A model generated the notes under the pieces. The model saw only the letters and a list, made by a program, of their open reading frames with translations. It ran no database searches and was not told the DNA's origin. Made by a program: the position numbers and the translations under genes. From the NCBI GenBank assembly GCA_963693365.1, contig CAVNZM010000066.1, positions 1-19,761 of the forward strand: 19,761 nucleotides of DNA, written 5' to 3'. Source of the stretch: Amoebidium appalachense (Eukaryota > Protista > Ichthyosporea). Below, piece after piece: positions 8,259 through 18,402 of the stretch. The first letter of the stretch is position 1. Every line of letters begins with the position of its first letter.

Positions 8259-11200
8259 GAAGGCGGGCAAGGGACTGGTCTCTCCCCAGTAGAACATAAT
8301 GTATTTGATTTAATAGCAGAGCTGGAACTGTGTTCCCCTCTGGCAGATAAATTGCAAAATAAATCTACTGGTGCGGAAATTTCTGTTGTCTCGGAGCCCT
8401 CCCACGAATCTGCATGTGCCCCACCCCCCCACGAACAGTTACCCCCGTGTACTGACCCCCCCATGCACACGCACACCCCGCCCCCGCGCAAAAAGAAAAA
8501 TGTGCATTTTGCTGACCGTGTGCACTCCTCCATTGCAGAACCACGGCATGAAAATGCCACTGTGTGCACATTAACCCACGAAAATAAATGCACAGCCACA
8601 CTTGCGCGAATGTATGTGCATGGGAAGCTAGTCACAGTAGTTGTCGACTCTGGTGCTAGCCATAGCTGTATAAGCACAGCATTTTACGAATCTCTCCCTG
8701 TAGTGGCAAGAAAACGAATTCAGCATGTTCCTAATTTTAGTGTACTGGATGCACAAAGTAACGAAATGACATGCCAAGGAAGTATATCTCTCACTCTCGC
8801 CATTCCCAACGAATCTGCTCTAGTGGTGCACAGATGGCATGTGATTGATAATCTACCATATTTTTACGAATCTCTCCCTGTAGTGGCAAGAAAACGAATT
8901 CAGCATGTTCCTAATTTTAGTGTACTGGATGCACAAAGTAACGAAATGACATGCCAAGGAAGTATATCTCTCACTCTCGCCATTCCCAACGAATCTGCTC
9001 TAGTGGTGCACAGATGGCATGTGATTGATAATCTACCATATGATGCCTTATTAGGTGTTGATTTCATGGGGCCACAACAGGGACGAATTGATTACGGTGC
9101 TGCAGAACTTTCGTTCATGTATGCTAAGGGAAATCGCAGGTGCAGTATTCCGGTGTGGTGGTTGCGTGGGAGTGCGGAGGAGACAGCTGTTTCTCGCGTA
9201 TTAATTACCACCACAGGTATTCACCTCCCGGTAGATGCGTCAAATATCGAAACGTGTAAAATAAAACTCGCTGCCGGCGCACCACCACCACGAACTTTAG
9301 ACTGTTGTATGGGCACAGTGGTTCCATGTGGTCCACTTAATTCACGGGCTTACACAACAGCATGCAGTGTCACCAGTTTAGCTCGAATTTCGAATAACGA
9401 ACCCCCCCTCTCCACTAGCGAAGAAAGTGTGATCGAGGACGAATACGAATGCAAGGTGTTGTTGACTAACACATCGGACCATCATGTGTACCTAGGCCCT
9501 GGTACGGAGGTGGCCATGTTTATTCCCTTGCAATCAGATGACACTGTTACTCTTTTAGCACGTCCACACTCCGGTAATGGAACCAGGAGGGCGACAACCC
9601 CACACCCTGGCCATCCATTAGGTACCTCTGCTAAAACGAACTTTTCTTCGCAGGAATCAACCGAAGAACCCACCGAACACGAACCACACACTTTCCAGGC
9701 GGCTACTAATATTAACGGTAGTATTAAGGTGTGTGAACGGAGTAAAATTATGAATATGAGTACGAAAGAGAACACCACACAGCGCAGTTCCACGAAAATG
9801 AATGGTTTTGGTAATCCAGCACGAACAAAACCAGAGGTAGGGCCACCTACTATCGAAGCAGCAGATGGGGCACCATCTACCACTGCACTGGAGGATACGA
9901 ATAATTTACGAAAGCGTACGCACGAATGTACCTCCGACGGGGAAGCCGCCACAGACGACGACTTGCCTTTTGGGGTCAAACCTCCAGAAGAATACGACAT
10001 GCCTGGAACTCCCCCAGACCAACGGAAACCGTTGGCGAAACGGATACGAAAACTGCTTAAGAAATGGAAGCATGTGTTCTCTGCACACGACAACGACTTT
10101 GGTTTGAGTACCTTAGACGAACTGTCGATCGAAGTAACTACCACCATACCACAGTACCGCAGGCCCTATAACATCCCACATCACCTTCGCGATAGCCTAC
10201 ACAAACAAATTCAAAATTGGGTAGAGTTTGGAGTGATTGAGCCTGCGTCCAGCCCTTACTCCGCTCCGATGGTGTTGGTGGCGAAAAAGGACGGGTCTTT
10301 AAGAGTCTGCATTGATTTTAGAATGCTGAACTTGATTACGAAGAAAGACGGTTACCCTTTACCACGAATTGACATGGCTCTGGGTATGCTCAGAGGTGCC
10401 CGCGTGTTTTCCGCACTTGATTTAAACGGTGGTTACCACCAAGTCAAAGTAGCCGATAACGACAAAGAAAAACTTTCATTTACCACCCCCTGGGGGCAGT
10501 ATCAATTCGCACGCGCACCTTTTGGAGTAAGTAACATGCCTGCTGTCTTTTCAAGGATGATGAACCGTGTATTCGCTGGTATGCTGTGGACACATGTACT
10601 CATATATCTCGATGACTTATTAGTTATGTCACCCACTATCGAAGAACATTTTGGGCATTTAGATTCATGTTTTTCCCGGCTCTGTGATGCAGGATTAAAA
10701 CTGAAAGGCAGAAAATGCTCTTTGTTCATGGAAGAAGTTGGCTATTTAGGCCATCGCGTATGCCCGGATGGTATTAAGGTAGACCCAGAAAAAGTGGCAG
10801 CAATAAAGAATAAAAGCTACCCACAAAATTTATCTGAGCTACGAAGTGACCTCGGGTTATTTTCATATTATCGAATATTTGTGGACGATTTCAGCCATAC
10901 GGCTGAACCACTCACGCGAATGCTGGGCACCTCGAAGGAGGATTCAGAATTACTAAAACGAATTCACGCAAAAATGCCCCCCTCTACGAAACCCGCCAAA
11001 CGCAACGGCAGCGCAAAACAACGAAAAGACGAAGCAAAAAATTTGCACGCCGATTCTGCAGCTATTTTGGCCACGAAAAAGAAAGCACAGAAAAATGCTG
11101 CATGGGTGTGGGGTACGGAACAGGAGAAAGCATACGATACCCTTAAGAATGCGTTAATTAATGCACCTGTGCTTGCTCACCCCGATTTCACCAAACCTTT

Positions 11201-13255
11201 TATTGTTGACTCAGATGCTTCACAGTATGCTCTGGGCGCAGTGATTTCGCAGGTAGGTGATGACGGCAAAGAACGACCCATAGCTTATGCTAGCAGAACA
11301 CTCTCTAAGAGTGAACGAAATTATGCGGCGAATAAAAGGGAAGCCTTAGGTGTGTATTGGGCTGTGTGCAAAGCATTTCGCGCTTACACCTATGGGGCTC
11401 CTTTCTTGTTACGAACCGACCACTCCAGCTTGACGCGCATTCTGTCTACCGGCGATGCACCGGAACCTGTTGTTGCAGGCTGGCAAATGGCGCTTTCCGC
11501 ATACACATACGAAATTCAGCACAGGGCGGGCAAACACCACAGCAATGCTGATGGACTCTCTCGGCCATCTAAAGAAAATGCGCAACCAGGACCCGAAGAT
11601 ACTGAGCTGACATACCCCTCACTGATCGGCACAGTCTCGGGCTCGTTCACGGTGTTTGCGGTAACACGCTCCGCCGCAGCGACAGCGCAGGCACAAGCTG
11701 CCACCCATCCACCCCCAGCTGAACCCACGAAACCTAATACCACGCCGCCAGAATTTATTCCCCCAAAAGCGGATGGACGAATGCCCACCTATGAACAGTA
11801 TGTGTCAGCACAGAAGGCTGATAAACACATTGCGAAAGTCAGGGCCTACCTGGAAAAAGCACCGGGCTACGAATTATTTGGCAACGAAATCGCGATGGAA
11901 GCTAGTCGCTGCACCATAGACAATGACCTTGTGTATGTGTGGGTCCTAGAACAGCGTGGCCCCCGCAAACCCAGCAAGGAACCACGAATTTGGGTGCCGT
12001 CTACGCTTGTGCGCCTCGTTTTGGCCGCATGTCACGACGCCCCAACCGCAGGTCACCTCGACGCAGCACGCACCTTCCACCGTGTTACCCAGATAGCATG
12101 GTGGCCACGTGTATGGCAAGACTCGGTGCAGTGGGTAACCACATGCAAAGCCTGTCAATACCGGAAGACACCCCGAATGCAAAAGAAACTACGAATTCAC
12201 GATGGTTTTATCCCCACCTATCCCTTTCAATACGTGTCTATGGACATTACTGAGATGCCTACGAAATCTGATCTCAGAGTTTCCCTGTTGGTGTTTCTCG
12301 ACCTCTTCACTCGCTGGCCGGAAGTGATTTTATTTCACAAAACACCCACAGCCGAAGATGTGGCAAAGGCATTCGAAGACTCCATCTACTGCCGTCACGG
12401 TCGTCCGGAATTTTTAGTATCAGACAACGGCGCGAATTTGGCAGCTATGTTGGTCACAGATGTCTGTCGAGTGTTGGCTACAAAACGAATTTTTGCAAGT
12501 CCCTACAGCCCCCAGACCAATGGTGCCGTAGAGCGATTCAATCGCACACTTAAGAATATTCTTGCCACTCTCGTGCAGGATAAACACCACGAATGGATTG
12601 ACTACTTACCGCAAGTACTGTTTTCCTACCGCACCGCCTACCACTCTTCCTTGGGGGACACGCCATTCTTCATGCTTTATGGCAGAGATCCGGTCGAGCC
12701 CCCCGCCCCCCAATTGCGGCTTCATGTGGGATGGAGACGGAGGAATACCGTCGAGAACTACTGCAACGAGTGCAGTATGCCCGGCAAACAGTCACACGAA
12801 TTATGTCTGAAGCTGCCCGTCGTAGTAAAATCACGGCTAACAAAAATGCTCGTGAACCCACAGAACTCGAGGGTCTGGTGTTGAAAGCAGTCACAGACTC
12901 CACCACCGACCACAGTCTACCCACGGCACTCAGACCTAAATGGGAAGGTCCGTATCGCGTCCTGCGGCGCGTTACCGACGCCCCCATGTCTTACGAAATT
13001 CAGCGGGTTGGGTCAACGGACACCGTTCGAGCACACGCACGTCACTTGAAGCCGTATTTTCCCCGTGACGACGTTGATATGACGCCAGCCGACTCTGGTC
13101 CGCAAGATTCACCCACCCCCACCTTCGAAGTGGCAAAAATTATTGCCCACAAGTACGACTCGGCAACTGCCCAAGCCCTTTACAAAGTTCGTTGGAAAGG
13201 GTACACGGCTAAGAACGACACGCGGGCCAAGTTCAAGAGAGCACGTGTAGAATAG
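8259..13255 (+). pseudogene. pol: Pol polyprotein copy 2, with 60-aa protease duplication, 1-bp frameshift after the integrase core, and truncated chromodomain
   Basis: Same domains as copy 1. The C run at 12699-12704 has 6 C versus 7 in copies 1 and 3, splitting it into ORFs 8352-12884 and 12731-13255. Confidence 0.9.
8682..9041 (+). repeat. Exact 2 x 180-bp tandem duplication inside the protease of pol copy 2
   Basis: 8682-8861 = 8862-9041 (FYESLPVV...IDNLPY twice). Confidence 0.96.
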
Positions 13256-16200
13256 GAAGGCGGGCAAGGGACTGGTCTCTCCCCAGTAGAACATAATGTA
13301 TTTGATTTAATAGCAGAGCTGGAACTGTGTTCCCCTCTGGCAGATAAATTGCAAAATAAATCTACTGGTGCGGAAATTTCTGTTGTCTCGGAGCCCTCCC
13401 ACGAATCTGCATGTGCCCCACCCCCCCACGAACAGTTACCCCCGTGTACTGACCCCCCCATGCACACGCACACCCCGCCCCCGCGCAAAAAGAAAAATGT
13501 GCATTTTGCTGACCGTGTGCACTCCTCCATTGCAGAACCACGGCATGAAAATGCCACTGTGTGCACATTAACCCACGAAAATAAATGCACAGCCACACTT
13601 GCGCGAATGTATGTGCATGGGAAGCTAGTCACAGTAGTTGTCGACTCTGGTGCTAGCCATAGCTGTATAAGCACAGCATTTTACGAATCTCTCCCTGTAG
13701 TGGCAAGAAAACGAATTCAGCATGTTCCTAATTTTAGTGTACTGGATGCACAAAGTAACGAAATGACATGCCAAGGAAGTATATCTCTCACTCTCGCCAT
13801 TCCCAACGAATCTGCTCTAGTGGTGCACAGATGGCATGTGATTGATAATCTACCATATTTTTACGAATCTCTCCCTGTAGTGGCAAGAAAACGAATTCAG
13901 CATGTTCCTAATTTTAGTGTACTGGATGCACAAAGTAACGAAATGACATGCCAAGGAAGTATATCTCTCACTCTCGCCATTCCCAACGAATCTGCTCTAG
14001 TGGTGCACAGATGGCATGTGATTGATAATCTACCATATGATGCCTTATTAGGTGTTGATTTCATGGGGCCACAACAGGGACGAATTGATTACGGTGCTGC
14101 AGAACTTTCGTTCATGTATGCTAAGGGAAATCGCAGGTGCAGTATTCCGGTGTGGTGGTTGCGTGGGAGTGCGGAGGAGACAGCTGTTTCTCGCGTATTA
14201 ATTACCACCACAGGTATTCACCTCCCGGTAGATGCGTCAAATATCGAAACGTGTAAAATAAAACTCGCTGCCGGCGCACCACCACCACGAACTTTAGACT
14301 GTTGTATGGGCACAGTGGTTCCATGTGGTCCACTTAATTCACGGGCTTACACAACAGCATGCAGTGTCACCAGTTTAGCTCGAATTTCGAATAACGAACC
14401 CCCCCTCTCCACTAGCGAAGAAAGTGTGATCGAGGACGAATACGAATGCAAGGTGTTGTTGACTAACACATCGGACCATCATGTGTACCTAGGCCCTGGT
14501 ACGGAGGTGGCCATGTTTATTCCCTTGCAATCAGATGACACTGTTACTCTTTTAGCACGTCCACACTCCGGTAATGGAACCAGGAGGGCGACAACCCCAC
14601 ACCCTGGCCATCCATTAGGTACCTCTGCTAAAACGAACTTTTCTTCGCAGGAATCAACCGAAGAACCCACCGAACACGAACCACACACTTTCCAGGCGGC
14701 TACTAATATTAACGGTAGTATTAAGGTGTGTGAACGGAGTAAAATTATGAATATGAGTACGAAAGAGAACACCACACAGCGCAGTTCCACGAAAATGAAT
14801 GGTTTTGGTAATCCAGCACGAACAAAACCAGAGGTAGGGCCACCTACTATCGAAGCAGCAGATGGGGCACCATCTACCACTGCACTGGAGGATACGAATA
14901 ATTTACGAAAGCGTACGCACGAATGTACCTCCGACGGGGAAGCCGCCACAGACGACGACTTGCCTTTTGGGGTCAAACCTCCAGAAGAATACGACATGCC
15001 TGGAACTCCCCCAGACCAACGGAAACCGTTGGCGAAACGGATACGAAAACTGCTTAAGAAATGGAAGCATGTGTTCTCTGCACACGACAACGACTTTGGT
15101 TTGAGTACCTTAGACGAACTGTCGATCGAAGTAACTACCACCATACCACAGTACCGCAGGCCCTATAACATCCCACATCACCTTCGCGATAGCCTACACA
15201 AACAAATTCAAAATTGGGTAGAGTTTGGAGTGATTGAGCCTGCGTCCAGCCCTTACTCCGCTCCGATGGTGTTGGTGGCGAAAAAGGACGGGTCTTTAAG
15301 AGTCTGCATTGATTTTAGAATGCTGAACTTGATTACGAAGAAAGACGGTTACCCTTTACCACGAATTGACATGGCTCTGGGTATGCTCAGAGGTGCCCGC
15401 GTGTTTTCCGCACTTGATTTAAACGGTGGTTACCACCAAGTCAAAGTAGCCGATAACGACAAAGAAAAACTTTCATTTACCACCCCCTGGGGGCAGTATC
15501 AATTCGCACGCGCACCTTTTGGAGTAAGTAACATGCCTGCTGTCTTTTCAAGGATGATGAAGCGTGTATTCGCTGGTATGCTGTGGACACATGTACTCAT
15601 ATATCTCGATGACTTATTAGTTATGTCACCCACTATCGAAGAACATTTTGGGCATTTAGATTCATGTTTTTCCCGGCTCTGTGATGCAGGATTAAAACTG
15701 AAAGGCAGAAAATGCTCTTTGTTCATGGAAGAAGTTGGCTATTTAGGCCATCGCGTATGCCCGGATGGTATTAAGGTAGACCCAGAAAAAGTGGCAGCAA
15801 TAAAGAATAAAAGCTACCCACAAAATTTATCTGAGCTACGAAGTGACCTCGGGTTATTTTCATATTATCGAATATTTGTGGACGATTTCAGCCATACGGC
15901 TGAACCACTCACGCGAATGCTGGGCACCTCGAAGGAGGATTCAGAATTACTAAAACGAATTCACGCAAAAATGCCCCCCTCTACGAAACCCGCCAAACGC
16001 AACGGCAGCGCAAAACAACGAAAAGACGAAGCAAAAAATTTGCACGCCGATTCTGCAGCTATTTTGGCCACGAAAAAGAAAGCACAGAAAAATGCTGCAT
16101 GGGTGTGGGGTACGGAACAGGAGAAAGCATACGATACCCTTAAGAATGCGTTAATTAATGCACCTGTGCTTGCTCACCCCGATTTCACCAAACCTTTTAT

Positions 16201-18337
16201 TGTTGACTCAGATGCTTCACAGTATGCTCTGGGCGCAGTGATTTCGCAGGTAGGTGATGACGGCAAAGAACGACCCATAGCTTATGCTAGCAGAACACTC
16301 TCTAAGAGTGAACGAAATTATGCGGCGAATAAAAGGGAAGCCTTAGGTGTGTATTGGGCTGTGTGCAAAGCATTTCGCGCTTACACCTATGGGGCTCCTT
16401 TCTTGTTACGAACCGACCACTCCAGCTTGACGCGCATTCTGTCTACCGGCGATGCACCGGAACCTGTTGTTGCAGGCTGGCAAATGGCGCTTTCCGCATA
16501 CACATACGAAATTCAGCACAGGGCGGGCAAACACCACAGCAATGCTGATGGACTCTCTCGGCCATCTAAAGAAAATGCGCAACCAGGACCCGAAGATACT
16601 GAGCTGACATACCCCTCACTGATCGGCACAGTCTCGGGCTCGTCCACGGTGTTTGCGGTAACACGCTCCGCCGCAGCGACAGCGCAGGCACAAGCTGCCA
16701 CCCATCCACCCCCAGCTGAACCCACGAAACCTAATACCACGCCGCCAGAATTTATTCCCCCAAAAGCGGATGGACGAATGCCCACCTATGAACAGTATGT
16801 GTCAGCACAGAAGGCTGATAAACACATTGCGAAAGTCAGGGCCTACCTGGAAAAAGCACCGGGCTACGAATTATTTGGCAACGAAATCGCGATGGAAGCT
16901 AGTCGCTGCACCATAGACAATGACCTTGTGTATGTGTGGGTCCTAGAACAGCGTGGCCCCCGCAAACCCAGCAAGGAACCACGAATTTGGGTGCCGTCTA
17001 CGCTTGTGCGCCTCGTTTTGGCCGCATGTCACGACGCCCCAACCGCAGGTCACCTCGACGCAGCACGCACCTTCCACCGTGTTACCCAGATAGCATGGTG
17101 GCCACGTGTATGGCAAGACTCGGTGCAGTGGGTAACCACATGCAAAGCCTGTCAATACCGGAAGACACCCCGAATGCAAAAGAAACTACGAATTCACGAT
17201 GGTTTTATCCCCACCTATCCCTTTCAATACGTGTCTATGGACATTACTGAGATGCCTACGAAATCTGATCTCAGAGTTTCCCTGTTGGTGTTTCTCGACC
17301 TCTTCACTCGCTGGCCGGAAGTGATTTTATTTCACAAAACACCCACAGCCGAAGATGTGGCAAAGGCATTCGAAGACTCCATCTACTGCCGTCACGGTCG
17401 TCCGGAATTTTTAGTATCAGACAACGGCGCGAATTTGGCAGCTATGTTGGTCACAGATGTCTGTCGAGTGTTGGCTACAAAACGAATTTTTGCAAGTCCC
17501 TACAGCCCCCAGACCAATGGTGCCGTAGAGCGATTCAATCGCACACTTAAGAATATTCTTGCCACTCTCGTGCAGGATAAACACCACGAATGGATTGACT
17601 ACTTACCGCAAGTACTGTTTTCCTACCGCACCGCCTACCACTCTTCCTTGGGGGACACGCCATTCTTCATGCTTTATGGCAGAGATCCGGTCGAGCCCCC
17701 CCGCCCCCCAATTGCGGCTTCATGTGGGATGGAGACGGAGGAATACCGTCGAGAACTACTGCAACGAGTGCAGTATGCCCGGCAAACAGTCACACGAATT
17801 ATGTCTGAAGCTGCCCGTCGTAGTAAAATCACGGCTAACAAAAATGCTCGTGAACCCACAGAACTCGAGGGTCTGGTGTTGAAAGCAGTCACAGACTCCA
17901 CCACCGACCACAGTCTACCCACGGCACTCAGACCTAAATGGGAAGGTCCGTATCGCGTCCTGCGGCGCGTTACCGACGCCCCCATGTCTTACGAAATTCA
18001 GCGGGTTGGGTCAACGGACACCGTTCGAGCACACGCACGTCACTTGAAGCCGTATTTTCCCCGTGACGACGTTGATATGACGCCAGCCGACTCTGGTCCG
18101 CAAGATTCACCCACCCCCACCTTCGAAGTGGCAAAAATTATTGCCCACAAGTACGACTCGGCAACTGCCCAAGCCCTTTACAAAGTTCGTTGGAAAGGGT
18201 ACACGGCTAAGAACGACACCTGGGAACCTCACTCCGGCCTGCAAGACACAGCCGCAGGAGCACTCACAGACTACCTAGGTACTTTGGTGGCCGGCCCTGC
18301 CAGCCAGCCCGCACGAAAGAAGCGCCGACGTCGCTAA
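13256..18337 (+). CDS. pol: Pol polyprotein copy 3, with 60-aa protease duplication and complete chromodomain
   Basis: Uninterrupted ORF with all catalytic motifs. Ends FEVAKIIAHK...YKVRWKGYTAKNDTWEPHSGL...RKKRRRR*. Confidence 0.95.
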   Translation, partial: EGGQGTGLSPVEHNVFDLIAELELCSPLADKLQNKSTGAEISVVSEPSHESACAPPPHEQLPPCTDPPMHTHTPPPRKKKNVHFADRVHSSIAEPRHENATVCTLTHENKCTATLARMYVHGKLVTVVVDSGASHSCISTAFYESLPVVARKRIQHVPNFSVLDAQSNEMTCQGSISLTLAIPNESALVVHRWHVIDNLPYFYESLPVVARKRIQHVPNFSVLDAQSNEMTCQGSISLTLAIPNESALVVHRWHVIDNLPYDALLGVDFMGPQQGRIDYGAAELSFMYAKGNRRCSIPVWWLRGSAEETAVSRVLITTTGIHLPVDASNIETCKIKLAAGAPPPRTLDCCMGTVVPCGPLNSRAYTTACSVTSLARISNNEPPLSTSEESVIEDEYECKVLLTNTSDHHVYLGPGTEVAMFIPLQSDDTVTLLARPHSGNGTRRATTPHPGHPLGTSAKTNFSSQESTEEPTEHEPHTFQAATNINGSIKVCERSKIMNMSTKENTTQRSSTKMNGFGNPARTKPEVGPPTIEAADGAPSTTALEDTNNLRKRTHECTSDGEAATDDDLPFGVKPPEEYDMPGTPPDQRKPLAKRIRKLLKKWKHVFSAHDNDFGLSTLDELSIEVTTTIPQYRRPYNIPHHLRDSLHKQIQNWVEFGVIEPASSPYSAPMVLVAKKDGSLRVCIDFRMLNLITKKDGYPLPRIDMALGMLRGARVFSALDLNGGYHQVKVADNDKEKLSFTTPWGQYQFARAPFGVSNMPAVFSRMMKRVFAGMLWTHVLIYLDDLLVMSPTIEEHFGHLDSCFSRLCDAGLKLKGRKCSLFMEEVGYLGHRVCPDGIKVDPEKVAAIKNKSYPQNLSELRSDLGLFSYYRIFVDDFSHTAEPLTRMLGTSKEDSELLKRIHAKMPPSTKPAKRNGSAKQRKDEAKNLHADSAAILATKKKAQKNAAWVWGTEQEKAYDTLKNALINAPVLAHPDFTKPFIVDSDASQYALGAVISQVGDDGKERPIAYASRTLSKSERNYAANKREALGVYWAVCKAFRAYTYGAPFLLRTDHSSLTRILSTGDAPEPVVAGWQMALSAYTYEIQHRAGKHHSNADGLSRPSKENAQPGPEDTELTYPSLIGTVSGSSTVFAVTRSAAATAQAQAATHPPPAEPTKPNTTPPEFIPPKADGRMPTYEQYVSAQKADKHIAKVRAYLEKAPGYELFGNEIAMEASRCTIDNDLVYVWVLEQRGPRKPSKEPRIWVPSTLVRLVLAACHDAPTAGHLDAARTFHRVTQIAWWPRVWQDSVQWVTTCKACQYRKTPRMQKKLRIHDGFIPTYPFQYVSMDITEMPTKSDLRVSLLVFLDLFTRWPEVILFHKTPTAEDVAKAFEDSIYCRHGRPEFLVSDNGANLAAMLVTDVCRVLATKRIFASPYSPQTNGAVERFNRTLKNILATLVQDKHHEWIDYLPQVLFSYRTAYHSSLGDTPFFMLYGRDPVEPPRPPIAASCGMETEEYRRELLQRVQYARQTVTRIMSEAARRSKITANKNAREPTELEGLVLKAVTDSTTDHSLPTALRPKWEGPYRVLRRVTDAPMSYEIQRVGSTDTVRAHARHLKPYFPRDDVDMTPADSGPQDSPTPTFEVAKIIAHKYDSATAQALYKVRWKGYTAKNDTWEPHSGLQDTAAGALTDYLGTLVAGPASQPARKKRRRR
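13679..14038 (+). repeat. Exact 2 x 180-bp tandem duplication inside the protease of pol copy 3
   Basis: 13679-13858 = 13859-14038, with the same breakpoints as in copy 2. Confidence 0.96.
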
Positions 18338-18388
18338 CTTCCCTCAGCCTGGTGGTTTACCGTCTCCAGACCATACCACCAGGCTCCC

Positions 18389-18402
18389 GAGAAGGGGGGG
18401 AG
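18389..18402 (+). other. Polypurine tract of the main element
   Basis: GAGAAGGGGGGGAG abutting TGTAAACA at 18403. Confidence 0.92.

Larger units (their letters stand above)
3408..18219 (+). repeat. Three tandem direct repeats: 3408-8225 (4818 bp), 8226-13222 (4997 bp), 13223-18219
   Basis: Identical junction GACAC-G-CGGGCCAAG at 8220-8234 and 13217-13231. The offsets 4818 and 4997 (=4818+180-1) match the ORF starts 3534, 8352 and 13349. Confidence 0.97.

Noticed and set aside
12699-12704. Frame change in pol copy 2 as programmed frameshifting
   Set aside because: It is a 1-bp loss in a C homopolymer absent from the other two copies, so a slippage mutation or sequencing error is more likely.
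18338-18402. Possible env or extra ORF between pol and the 3' LTR
   Set aside because: Only 65 bp separate the pol stop from the LTR, leaving no room for env.
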